From: a virus
Lineage: Duplodnaviria > Heunggongvirae > Uroviricota > Caudoviricetes
Length of the DNA: 43,350 nucleotides
Virus record (IMG/VR): IMGVR_UViG_2703718812_000010
Reading direction: 5' to 3' (one strand)
Shown here piece after piece: positions 17,076 to 26,102 of the stretch; within the stretch, counting starts at the first letter, position 1; each line of letters starts with the position of its first letter. The position numbers were made by a program, and so were the translations under genes. Under the pieces are notes generated by a model. It had not been told where the DNA came from and did not search any database. It saw only the letters and a program-made list of their open reading frames with translations.

Positions 17076-18739
17076 TGAATAACGCCGAAGAACTCTCCCC
17101 CTTACTGACGAATACCGTCTCCACCCGCAAAATTGATCTGGCCGGTGAAAAAGCCCTGCTGGGCGTGGATGTGCCGGACAGCCTTGATTTGCCCGGTGAT
17201 ATGCCGGTATTTCTGGATTATCAGGCCCGCTGGTTTGAGGATGAAAGCGAGGTCTGCATCGCGGAAAAATCCCGCCGCACCGGGCTTACCTGGGCGGAAG
17301 CCGGGCGTAACGTCATTACCGCTGCAAAACCGAAGCGGCGCGGTGGCCGCAATGTGTTTTATGTGGGGTCAAAGCAGGAGATGGCGCTGGAATATATTTC
17401 TGCCTGTGCACTGTTCTCCCGTGCCTTTAACCAGCTGGCAGATGCTGATGTGTATGAGCAGACCTTCTGGGATCGGGATAAAAAAGAAGAAATTCTGACC
17501 TACATGATCCGCTTTCCGAACAGTGGATTCAAAATTCAGGCACTGTCTTCCCGTCCGTCAAACCTGCGCGGCCTTCAGGGGGATGTGGTGATTGATGAAG
17601 CCGCGTTCCACGAGTCACTGGATGAGCTTCTCAAGGCGGCAATGGCGCTCACCATGTGGGGCGCGCGCGTGCGTATTATCTCCACGCATAACGGCGTCGA
17701 TAATCTGTTTAATCAGTACATTCAGGAAGCCCGCGAGGGGCGCAAGGATTACAGCGTCCACCGCATTACCCTGGATGATGCCATTGCGGACGGGCTGTAC
17801 CGTCGTATCTGTTATGTCACCGGCCGCGAATGGTCACCGGAAAGCGAGCAGAAGTGGCGTGATGATCTCTACAAAAACGCCCCGACCCGTGAGGATGCCG
17901 ACGAGGAATACGGCTGTATCCCGAAAAAATCCGGCGGTGCCTATATTCCTCACGCGCTTATTGAAATGGCGATGCTCCGCGACATCCCGATTCTGACGTT
18001 TGAAGCCCCGGACGACTTCATCAGCCGTGCCGCATGGCTGCGTGAATCGGAGGTTTTAACCTGGTGTGAAGAACATTTAAAACCGCTTTTAGAGGCGTTA
18101 AATCCCCGTTCCCGCTTCAGCTTCGGGGAAGACTTTGCCCGCACCGGTGACCTCTCCTGCTTTGTGCTGCTGGAAATCACCGAATCCCTGGCAAAACGCG
18201 AGGTGTTTCGCGTGGAGCTGCGCAACCTGCCGTATGCCCAGCAGGAGCAGGTGATGATGTACATCCTGACCCGCGTTCCGGCGCTGGTCGGTGCGGCGTT
18301 CGACGCCACCGGTAACGGCGGCTATCTGGCCGAAGCCGCGCTGCTGGCCTTTGGCCCGGACATCATCGACTGCGTGATGTTATCGCCGAAGTGGTACGGC
18401 GAGTGGATGCCAAAACTGAAGGCCGAGTTTGAGGATCAGAATATCCTCGTCGCCCGCCATCAGACCACGCTTGATGATTTGCGCCATGTGAAGGTGGTGA
18501 ACGGTATCCCGCAAATTGACAAGGGGCGTACGAAGGACCAGAACGCAACGGCTGTGAACGCCCGCCGCCATGGCGATTTTGCCGTGGCGCTCTGTATGGC
18601 AAACCGGGCGTCATACATGGAGGGCTTCATCCTGGATGAATCAGCCTGTCAGGCGCTGCCGGAGCGGTCGCGGGCCATGGAGGGCGGTTATCGTGATGAC
18701 GATGAGGCATATCATGAATTTGATCGGGGGTGCTGGTAG
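17075..18739 (+). CDS. terminase large subunit
   Basis: 554 aa; ATPase-like N-terminal region (VIDEAAFHE Walker B-like) and nuclease-like C-terminal region; lies upstream of the portal. Confidence 0.8.
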   Translation: MNNAEELSPLLTNTVSTRKIDLAGEKALLGVDVPDSLDLPGDMPVFLDYQARWFEDESEVCIAEKSRRTGLTWAEAGRNVITAAKPKRRGGRNVFYVGSKQEMALEYISACALFSRAFNQLADADVYEQTFWDRDKKEEILTYMIRFPNSGFKIQALSSRPSNLRGLQGDVVIDEAAFHESLDELLKAAMALTMWGARVRIISTHNGVDNLFNQYIQEAREGRKDYSVHRITLDDAIADGLYRRICYVTGREWSPESEQKWRDDLYKNAPTREDADEEYGCIPKKSGGAYIPHALIEMAMLRDIPILTFEAPDDFISRAAWLRESEVLTWCEEHLKPLLEALNPRSRFSFGEDFARTGDLSCFVLLEITESLAKREVFRVELRNLPYAQQEQVMMYILTRVPALVGAAFDATGNGGYLAEAALLAFGPDIIDCVMLSPKWYGEWMPKLKAEFEDQNILVARHQTTLDDLRHVKVVNGIPQIDKGRTKDQNATAVNARRHGDFAVALCMANRASYMEGFILDESACQALPERSRAMEGGYRDDDEAYHEFDRGCW

Positions 18740-20328
18740 TGGGACGTATAATTGATCTTGACGGAAAACCTTTCTCCTTTGACCCGGAGATGCAGAGCGC
18801 CGCGCTGGATATTCCGCAGATTGCCAGCCGTTATATTGAACATCCGGCCTCGGGTATCACCCCGAACCGGGCGGCACAGTGCCTTCGCGGGGCTGAACGT
18901 GGCGATCTGATTGCCCAGTCCGATCTGGCCGCTGACATTGAAGAAAAGGATACCCACCTTTTTGCAGAGCTGGGCAAGCGACGCCTTGCCATTCAGGGGG
19001 TGCCCTGGAGTATTGAGCCGCCACCGAACGCCAGCGCGAATGAGAAAAAGGACGCGGAAATGCTCGACGAATATCTGCATTCCGCCGACTGGTTTGATGC
19101 CATGCTGTTTGATGCCACCGATGCCATCCTGAAAGGCTATTCCTGCATGGAGATTGAGCACGGGATGCTCGGTAAAATGCACATCATCCGCGCCATCCGC
19201 TGGCGTGACAGCGGGCATTTCTGCCTTAACCCGGATGATTTGAGCGAACTGCGGCTGCGTGACGGCAGCCATGCCGGGGTGGCGTTTCAGCCCTTTGGCT
19301 GGATAGTGCATCAGTCACGTTCACGCACCGGTTACGGCGGCGCAACAGGGCTTGTCAGAACGCTTATCTGGCCGTTCATTTTCAAAAACTATTCCGTGCG
19401 CGATCTGGCTGAATTTCTGGAGGTGTACGGCCTGCCGATGAAGGTCGGTAAATACCCGTCCGGGGCAACGCCGGAGCAGAAAAGCGCCCTGATGCGGGCG
19501 GTGATGGATATCGGGCGACGTACAGGCGGGATCATCCCGGCCGGGATGTCTCTGGAGTTTCAGGCAGCCGCGAACGGTCAGGCCGATCCGTTTGAAACCA
19601 TGATTTCGTGGGGGGAGCGTTCCATCTCCAAAGCAATACTCGGCGGCACGCTGACCACGGAAGCCGGAGACAAAGGCGCGCGCTCGCTGGGTGAAGTGCA
19701 TAACGAGGTGCGCCGGGAAATCAGGGATTCTGATTTACGCCAGCTGGCCGCCACGCTGAACCGCGATCTGGTGTATCCGCTGTATGCCCTGAACACCGCC
19801 CACGCCATTGATATCCGTCGCCTGCCGCGTATCTGTTTCCAGACAAAAGAGCCGGGGGATATCACCAAAATCACCAGTGCGGTGATGCAGCTCAGTACGG
19901 GGATGGATATTCCTGATCCCTGGGTACGGGACCAGACCGGTATTCCACAGCCTGCCCCCGGTGAAGCCATCTTCCGTGTTCGTCAGAGTGGCAATGAACC
20001 TGCTCAGACAGACAAAGAGATGCCACCGGAAAAACAGGAAAAGACAGAGCAGACGGCGCTGTCAGCCCGACTGCCGGAAGCGAAAAGCAGCCCCCGTGAT
20101 GAACTGGACGATATGGGGGATGCGGTGCCTGCCCGCCGGTTACAGGACGCTATCGACCTGCTGCTGGAGCCGGTCATTGATGCCATCAGAACGCGGGGGC
20201 TGGCGGATGCGCTGGCAGACCTGCCTGCCCTTTACCGTGAAATGGATGATTCCCGCCTGATGACGCTGCTCAGTGATGCCATGTTTGCTGCGGAAATGAA
20301 GGGGATGCTGGATGGCACAGGGGATTGA
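18730..20328 (+). CDS. portal protein (Mu gp29-like)
   Basis: 532 aa ORF between terminase and F; acidic C-terminus. Confidence 0.8.
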   Translation: MLVVGRIIDLDGKPFSFDPEMQSAALDIPQIASRYIEHPASGITPNRAAQCLRGAERGDLIAQSDLAADIEEKDTHLFAELGKRRLAIQGVPWSIEPPPNASANEKKDAEMLDEYLHSADWFDAMLFDATDAILKGYSCMEIEHGMLGKMHIIRAIRWRDSGHFCLNPDDLSELRLRDGSHAGVAFQPFGWIVHQSRSRTGYGGATGLVRTLIWPFIFKNYSVRDLAEFLEVYGLPMKVGKYPSGATPEQKSALMRAVMDIGRRTGGIIPAGMSLEFQAAANGQADPFETMISWGERSISKAILGGTLTTEAGDKGARSLGEVHNEVRREIRDSDLRQLAATLNRDLVYPLYALNTAHAIDIRRLPRICFQTKEPGDITKITSAVMQLSTGMDIPDPWVRDQTGIPQPAPGEAIFRVRQSGNEPAQTDKEMPPEKQEKTEQTALSARLPEAKSSPRDELDDMGDAVPARRLQDAIDLLLEPVIDAIRTRGLADALADLPALYREMDDSRLMTLLSDAMFAAEMKGMLDGTGD

Positions 20329-21643
20329 TTTAGGTTATGCCGCCACCCTTCCCTCAAAAGAGGCGGTGGCATACTTCCGCGCCAAAGGGGCGCATATCAG
20401 CTGGAACTGGTTCGAAACAGACGCGGATGTTCATGCCCGTTCATTCACGGCGGCAAGAGTGGCACGCCTGGACGTACTGACCACACTACAGGCGGAAGTG
20501 CAGCGTGCTGTTGATGAGGGGATTTCACAGAAAGCATTTATCCGCACACTGACGCCCCGCCTGCAAAAGCTGGGATGGTGGGGAAAACAGATTGTGGTGG
20601 ACAGTGCCGGTAACGCGGAAGAAGTGCAGCTGGGCAGTCCCCGCCGTCTGGCGCTGATTTACAACATGAACACCCGTGTGGCTTACAATGCCGGGCGTTA
20701 CACGCAGATGATGAACAACACGGACACGCATCCGTTCTGGCAGTATGTGGCGGTGATGGACAGCCGCACCCGCCCGGCGCATTCCGCTCTTAACGGTCTG
20801 GTATTCCGCTATGACGATCCGTTCTGGAATACACACTACCCACCCAATGGCTGGAACTGTCGCTGCCGTGTCCGGCCATTGTCTCAGGCCCGTCTGGATG
20901 CAATGGGGTTATCCGTTTCATCCGGTCAGGATCATCTCTCCACCCGCAATGTTGAGGCTGGCGTGGATAAGCAGACCGGGGAAGTCAGAGAAATGCCGGT
21001 GACCACATATTCAGATGGCACCAGAACCATGACACCGGATGTGGGCTGGTCATATAACCCCGGTTCGGCGGCGTTCGGCACAGACCAGGCGCTGATCCGT
21101 AAACTGATCGAGGTGAAAAGCCCGGCGTTACGGGAAATGGTGGTTCAGGAGATGAACAACAGCCCGGAGCGGCAGCTGGCGTTCCGCATCTGGGCAAAAA
21201 ACATCATGAAAACCCGGCGAGGCGGTAACGATATCCGCACGCTGGGCTTTATGACCGAAAGCATTGCGCAGGCGGTGGAAAGCCGGACGGGAACGCCACC
21301 GGCCCGCCTGCTGGCGATGAGCGGTAAAAATGTGCTCCATGCGGACAGCATGAAACATCAGAATGACGGTATCGCCCTGACACCGGAGGATTTCGGGCGC
21401 TTACCGGCAATGCTGGCAAGGCCAAAAGCGGTACTGTGGGACAAACGGCACAACAATCTGATGTATATCGTGGAAAATCAGGATGGCAGTGTGCAGATTG
21501 CCGTTAATGCACCGTACAGCCTGAAGCGTCAGCCGGATAAACTGGATGTGATTGTTAATGCTTACCGGGTTATCAATATGGATAAGCTGAAATCGGATAT
21601 CCGGGGCGGAATGCTTGAGGTACTGGAAGGAGATATTGATTAA
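20312..21643 (+). CDS. head morphogenesis protein (Mu F-like)
   Basis: 443 aa ORF after the portal; conserved F-family region RTRPAHSALNGLVF...WNCRCR. Confidence 0.75.
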   Translation: MAQGIDLGYAATLPSKEAVAYFRAKGAHISWNWFETDADVHARSFTAARVARLDVLTTLQAEVQRAVDEGISQKAFIRTLTPRLQKLGWWGKQIVVDSAGNAEEVQLGSPRRLALIYNMNTRVAYNAGRYTQMMNNTDTHPFWQYVAVMDSRTRPAHSALNGLVFRYDDPFWNTHYPPNGWNCRCRVRPLSQARLDAMGLSVSSGQDHLSTRNVEAGVDKQTGEVREMPVTTYSDGTRTMTPDVGWSYNPGSAAFGTDQALIRKLIEVKSPALREMVVQEMNNSPERQLAFRIWAKNIMKTRRGGNDIRTLGFMTESIAQAVESRTGTPPARLLAMSGKNVLHADSMKHQNDGIALTPEDFGRLPAMLARPKAVLWDKRHNNLMYIVENQDGSVQIAVNAPYSLKRQPDKLDVIVNAYRVINMDKLKSDIRGGMLEVLEGDID

Positions 21644-21645
21644 CG

Positions 21646-21724
21646 GTCAGTGGCGGGGGTCGAACCCGCATACATGATCCACCCGGAGGCAGGCACCGAC
21701 TTTACCAGTTAAGCGTACACTGAC
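21646..21724 (-). other. tRNA-like structured element (probable tRNA remnant)
   Basis: On the minus strand: 7 bp acceptor-like stem (GTCAGTG / CACTGAC), D-arm-like hairpin with GG loop, T-arm GCGGG-TTCGACC-CCCGC abutting the 3' acceptor strand, total 79 nt; no anticodon stem could be formed and there is no CCA. Confidence 0.25.
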
Positions 21725-21764
21725 CGCCTGCTTATTTTATATTCATATTTTATACGGAGGCAAT

Positions 21765-22238
21765 ATGTCATCCATTGATGCCGCCGTCGTTGTTGACGTT
21801 ACGCGTCTCCAGCGGGTCTTTGCCCGGCTTCAGTTTGTGGGTGGCGGAAAAGACCTGGCCCGCAGTGTGGCGTCCAGCCTTCTGTCATCGTCAGAAATGG
21901 CGTTTGAACAGGAAAAAGAGCCGGACGGCGAACGCTGGCATGACTGGTCAGATCCTTACCGCAAGTGGCGTACCCGTAAGGGATACATGCCCGGCAAAAT
22001 CCTGACGCTGAACGGCGATCTGGCCCGACGCCTGACCACGGATTATGGCGACACCTGGGCGCTGATTGGATCAAATGAGCCTTATGCGGCCATTCATCAG
22101 TGGGGTGGCCTGCCAGGTATGCCGCCGGGACCGGCGGCCATTGGTGCACGTCCGTATATGGGCTTTGATCAGGTGGCAGAGCAGGAGATCATGGACGAAA
22201 TCAGAAAACGCTTTAAAAAGGCCACAGAAACGCCTTAA
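21765..22238 (+). CDS. virion morphogenesis protein (Mu G-like)
   Basis: 157 aa ORF between F and I; Mu G-like sequence (LTLNGDLARRL...IHQWGG). Confidence 0.7.
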   Translation: MSSIDAAVVVDVTRLQRVFARLQFVGGGKDLARSVASSLLSSSEMAFEQEKEPDGERWHDWSDPYRKWRTRKGYMPGKILTLNGDLARRLTTDYGDTWALIGSNEPYAAIHQWGGLPGMPPGPAAIGARPYMGFDQVAEQEIMDEIRKRFKKATETP

Positions 22239-22381
22239 TTGTTTAAGGTATGCAAATGCATTACCTTACCCCCTTCAGGCGCGTGTCGTGATTTTCTAAC
22301 CTGTATTTAACGGGCTTTAAAATCTGCGTGAAGCGCCTTTGTATTTTTCCCCTGGAAGCACTTCCTGAAATCCCGCAAAAC

Positions 22382-22414
22382 CCGCCCTGAAAATTCCCGG
22401 CCTATGCTGCCGGA
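22382..22414 (+). promoter_or_regulatory. putative late promoter upstream of I, with shared CCGCCCTGAA motif
   Basis: The 10-mer CCGCCCTGAA (22382-22391) recurs upstream of com (41466-41475); both positions correspond to Mu late-activator-dependent promoters (PI, Pmom). Confidence 0.4.
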
Positions 22415-23539
22415 ATGAAGACGAAAAACACGCCCAAACTTGCTTATGCCATTCTGAATGCCATCAGCCTGTCCGCAGACGGGGACGGTGACTGGTGTCA
22501 GATCATGCCAGCCGGTCGGGTAAAGGCCCGTGACGGTCGCCCGGAAAAACCGGCCGAGGGCTGGCTGATCAACCATGCAGCCGTTGAGCGCATGGTCTCC
22601 CGTGTTGTGGCGCTCAATCAGCCGGTGAAAATTGACTACAACCACCAGACCCTGATTGAGGGACATCCGGCACCGGCTGCCGGTTTTGTGATGGCCTCAC
22701 CGGAGAATTTTCGCTTCAGTGAAGAGCGAGGTTTCGAGGTGCGCCCGAAGTGGAACCCTCCGGCCCTTGAACATCTGCGTAATAACGAATTCCCCTGGTT
22801 TTCACCGGTGATTGGCTATGACGAGAGCACCGGCGAACCTGTCGAACTTCGGATGCTGGCTATTACCGGTGACCCCGGTCTGACCGGCATGAATCCTGTC
22901 GCCGCACTGTCGGCGGATGACCTTTATAACGCCTTAAACCCTCCTTTAAAGGATACCTCCATGAATGAGCAATTACGCCAGTTGCTGACGGCGCTCGGTC
23001 TGACCGTGGCTGACGGTGACGAATTTACGCCGGAGCTGGGCACGGCGGCGCTGTCTGCCCTCACCGGGATCAAAACCCGTGCGGATGCACACGACAACCT
23101 GAAAACACAGGTCGCCAGTCTGTCGGCAGAGCTGGAAACCGCAAAAGGCACACCGGCTGGCGGCAGTATTGATCTGACGAAATACGTGCCCGTTGAAACG
23201 TATAACGCCCTGCGTACCGAATACGTTGCGCTGTCGGCGCAGCACGGCAGCACCACGCTGGAGCAGGTGCTGGACAAGGCTGAATCCGAAGGGCGCATCT
23301 TCAAAAGCGAACGCGGCTATCTGGAACAACTGGGCGGGCAGATTGGCGTTGCGGCACTTTCTGCACAGCTTGACGCCCGCCAGCCGGTTGCGGCCCTGAC
23401 CGGCCTTCAGACCGACACCGTGACCGTGCCGGATAAAAAGACTGCCACCGCTGTGCTGTCGGCTGAAGATATCGCGGCCGCCAAACTGCTGGGTAAAACC
23501 GAAGCCGAGTTCCTGAAAATGAAAGAGGAAATGCAATAA
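22415..23539 (+). CDS. head protease / scaffold protein (Mu I-like)
   Basis: 374 aa ORF immediately upstream of the major head subunit; Ala/Leu-rich helical C-terminal half typical of a scaffold domain. Confidence 0.7.
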   Translation: MKTKNTPKLAYAILNAISLSADGDGDWCQIMPAGRVKARDGRPEKPAEGWLINHAAVERMVSRVVALNQPVKIDYNHQTLIEGHPAPAAGFVMASPENFRFSEERGFEVRPKWNPPALEHLRNNEFPWFSPVIGYDESTGEPVELRMLAITGDPGLTGMNPVAALSADDLYNALNPPLKDTSMNEQLRQLLTALGLTVADGDEFTPELGTAALSALTGIKTRADAHDNLKTQVASLSAELETAKGTPAGGSIDLTKYVPVETYNALRTEYVALSAQHGSTTLEQVLDKAESEGRIFKSERGYLEQLGGQIGVAALSAQLDARQPVAALTGLQTDTVTVPDKKTATAVLSAEDIAAAKLLGKTEAEFLKMKEEMQ

Positions 23540-24486
23540 TGCCTACCCCGATTACACCGGCGATGATCACCGCCCTGATGACGGGCTACCGTTCTGATTT
23601 TCAGGCCGGGATGTCCATGGCCCCGTCGCAGTACAAAAAAATTGCGATGACCGTACCGTCCACGTCGAAATCCAACACCTACGGCTGGCTGGGGCAGTTC
23701 CCGCAGTTCCGTGAGTGGATCGGCTCCCGCGTCATCGAGAAGATGAAGGCCTATGGCTATGCCATCGTGAACAAAACCTTTGAAGGCACCGTCGCCATTA
23801 ACCGCGATGACTTCGAAGACGATAACCTCGGTATTTATTCCCCGTTGTTCCAGGAGATGGGGCGCGCTGCTGCGGCACAACCGGATGAACTGGTCTTTGC
23901 TGCTCTTCGTGACGGGATTAATGCGGCCTGCTATGACGGCCAGAACTTCTTTGATACCGAACATCCTGTTTACCCCAAAGTGGATGGCTCCGGGGATGCG
24001 CAGATGGTCAGCAATATGTTTGTGGCAAAAACCGGCTCTGTCGGTGCACAAGCGGATTACAGCGGTCCTGCCTGGTATCTGCTCGACTGTTCACGCGCAA
24101 TCAAACCGCTGATTTATCAGGATCGCCGTAAGGCTGAACTGGTTGCCCAGACCAAAGTCGATGAAGGTCGCGCATTCACCGATAACGAATTTGTGTTTGG
24201 TGCATCCGCCCGTCGCAATGTGGGCTACGGCTTCTGGCAGATGGCCTACATGATGCAGTCACCGCTGACGCTGGATGCACTGTGGCACGGCTGGTCAGCC
24301 ATGCGCGAATTTACCGCTGACGGTGGCCGCAAACTCGGCATCAAACCCACCCATATTGTTGTCCCCACCTCGCTGGAAAAACAGGCGGTGCAGCTGCTGG
24401 AGCGTGAACTGTTCGCAGACGGAAACGCAACCGTCTCTAACGAGATGAAGGGCAAGCTGGAGCTGGTTGTCGCGGATTATCTGTAA
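23539..24486 (+). CDS. major head subunit (Mu T-like)
   Basis: 315 aa; start overlaps the I stop; size and position match Mu T. Confidence 0.8.
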   Translation: MPTPITPAMITALMTGYRSDFQAGMSMAPSQYKKIAMTVPSTSKSNTYGWLGQFPQFREWIGSRVIEKMKAYGYAIVNKTFEGTVAINRDDFEDDNLGIYSPLFQEMGRAAAAQPDELVFAALRDGINAACYDGQNFFDTEHPVYPKVDGSGDAQMVSNMFVAKTGSVGAQADYSGPAWYLLDCSRAIKPLIYQDRRKAELVAQTKVDEGRAFTDNEFVFGASARRNVGYGFWQMAYMMQSPLTLDALWHGWSAMREFTADGGRKLGIKPTHIVVPTSLEKQAVQLLERELFADGNATVSNEMKGKLELVVADYL

Positions 24487-24493
24487 ACGGTGA

Positions 24494-24512
24494 GCCGGGC
24501 TTACGGCCCGGC
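24494..24512 (+). other. stem-loop immediately after the major capsid gene
   Basis: GCCGGGC-TTACG-GCCCGGC hairpin with 7 bp GC-rich stem; no T-tract. Confidence 0.4.
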
Positions 24513-24529
24513 CCCTGCGGAGGGCAAAT

Positions 24530-24883
24530 ATGAATGAACATCACACTGTGGCAGCAACAGATGATTCAGGTCTTCAGGTCAGTGGTGACAATTCTGTCAC
24601 AGTGCTGGCAGAAGTGCGTTGCAGTCGTTCGGCGTTTCGTCGTGCGGGGTTCCTGTTCACGCGTGGACGTCAGCAGGTTGAGGTCTCCCCGGAGCAGCTT
24701 GCCCGACTGGAGGCGGAGCCATGCCTCACTGTGCGAATACTACAGACGCCTGCTGATGATGCGGGGAGCGTGGCGGGTGTGGTTCATGCAGTGGCCGGTA
24801 CAGATTTAGCCGAAGCCGGACAGGATACTCCCCGGAAAAAGACCGGTAACAAAGCGAAACAGGCGAAAAAGGCCCGCGCATGA
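24530..24883 (+). CDS. hypothetical head-region protein, 117 aa or shorter
   Basis: ORF with Lys-rich tail RKKTGNKAKQAKKARA; start uncertain. Confidence 0.4.
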   Translation: MNEHHTVAATDDSGLQVSGDNSVTVLAEVRCSRSAFRRAGFLFTRGRQQVEVSPEQLARLEAEPCLTVRILQTPADDAGSVAGVVHAVAGTDLAEAGQDTPRKKTGNKAKQAKKARA

Positions 24884-25299
24884 ATTACGCCACTGAAACC
24901 GATATGCGGGCGCGTTACCGCGAGGATTTGCTCAGGCCGTTACTGGCTGTGCCCCGTTCGGATGAGCCGGACACGCGCAAGCTGAACCGGGCGCTGACAG
25001 ATGCGTCAGCCCTTATCGACAGCTATCTGTCCGCCCGTTACACGTTGCCGCTGGAGGTTATTCCGGCCGTTCTTGTTCAGCACTGTTGCGCGATTGCCTT
25101 TTATTACCTGTGCGATCAGCGAGCCTCCGATCAGGCGCGTGACCGTTACCGTGAAGCGCTGGCCTGGCTGAAAGATGTCATGAACGGCAATGTGCCGGTC
25201 GGTGTGGATACGAACGGTGCGGCCCCTGAATCCGGGGATTTACCACAGGTTCAGTCTGATGCAGCGGTATTCGGGCGCAACCAGAAGGGCTTCATATGA
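24880..25299 (+). CDS. head-tail connector-region protein (Mu gp36 position)
   Basis: 139 aa ORF, translationally coupled to neighbours. Confidence 0.5.
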   Translation: MNYATETDMRARYREDLLRPLLAVPRSDEPDTRKLNRALTDASALIDSYLSARYTLPLEVIPAVLVQHCCAIAFYYLCDQRASDQARDRYREALAWLKDVMNGNVPVGVDTNGAAPESGDLPQVQSDAAVFGRNQKGFI

Positions 25300-25856
25300 T
25301 TACGGAAACCGAACAGGCATACATCGCCCGTATCCGTGAGTATTTCGGGAATGAACTGGTGTCTGTTGACACGCATCCCGGCGACTGGAGCGACGGCGTA
25401 CTGCGCAGCATGCTGATTAACGCCCCGGCGATCTACGTTGCCTGGCTGGGTGCCGGTGAAGGCCGTACCCGTGGTCGCCTGGTCAGTCACTGGGTGTTCT
25501 ACGTCATCGGCGACATGCTCAACGGGCGTGAGGCCAGCCGTCCCGGACTGTATCAGATTGTGGCCCGGCTGATTGCCGTGCTTAACGGCTTCAGAACAGA
25601 AAAAACCTCACCGCTTTACTTTGAAAAGGCGGTCAACGGTTACACCGAAACCCAGGCGGACAGTGGTGCGGTGATGTATGCGCTTTATTTCTCCTGCGAG
25701 GAAATGATCGCACCGCTGACCGATACCAGCTCGCTGGACGACTTCCTGCGTCATTACGAAACCTTTGTGGAGCCGCCCGGTACGCCGCCGTTTGAGGCAC
25801 ATATTGATTTGCCGGGGAACACGACAACGGCGGTCGAACCGCCGGAGGAACTGTAA
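25296..25856 (+). CDS. head-tail joining-region protein (Mu gp37 position)
   Basis: 186 aa ORF, translationally coupled. Confidence 0.5.
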   Translation: MITETEQAYIARIREYFGNELVSVDTHPGDWSDGVLRSMLINAPAIYVAWLGAGEGRTRGRLVSHWVFYVIGDMLNGREASRPGLYQIVARLIAVLNGFRTEKTSPLYFEKAVNGYTETQADSGAVMYALYFSCEEMIAPLTDTSSLDDFLRHYETFVEPPGTPPFEAHIDLPGNTTTAVEPPEEL

Positions 25857-26102
25857 ATGAAAACCATCTTTATCAAACCCGCGCCGGGACGCCTGATTCG
25901 TGATCCCGACACAATGCGCCCGCTGGCACAGGAGGGGGAGGAAAAGCCCTTTACGCCGTTCTGGTGTCGGCGTCTTGATGACGGCGATGTCATTCAGGCT
26001 GAAAAAGCCGCTGAAGAGGCTCCGGCTGTATCTGCGGATGCAACGACTGCGACAGAAAAACCGGTCGCCCAACCGGCATCCGATAAGGAGAAACCGCAAT
26101 GA
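25857..26102 (+). CDS. small tail-region protein (Mu gp38 position)
   Basis: 81 aa ORF immediately upstream of the sheath gene. Confidence 0.45.
   Translation: MKTIFIKPAPGRLIRDPDTMRPLAQEGEEKPFTPFWCRRLDDGDVIQAEKAAEEAPAVSADATTATEKPVAQPASDKEKPQ

Noticed and set aside
21646-21724. A functional tRNA gene
   Set aside because: Acceptor, D-like and T-like stems are present but no anticodon stem-loop can be formed and there is no CCA; reported only as a tRNA-like remnant.
22239-22414. G-I intergenic gap as a possible anti-CRISPR insertion site, by analogy with Pseudomonas Mu-like phages
   Set aside because: The gap is only 176 bp and contains no ORF; it carries the putative I promoter motif instead.
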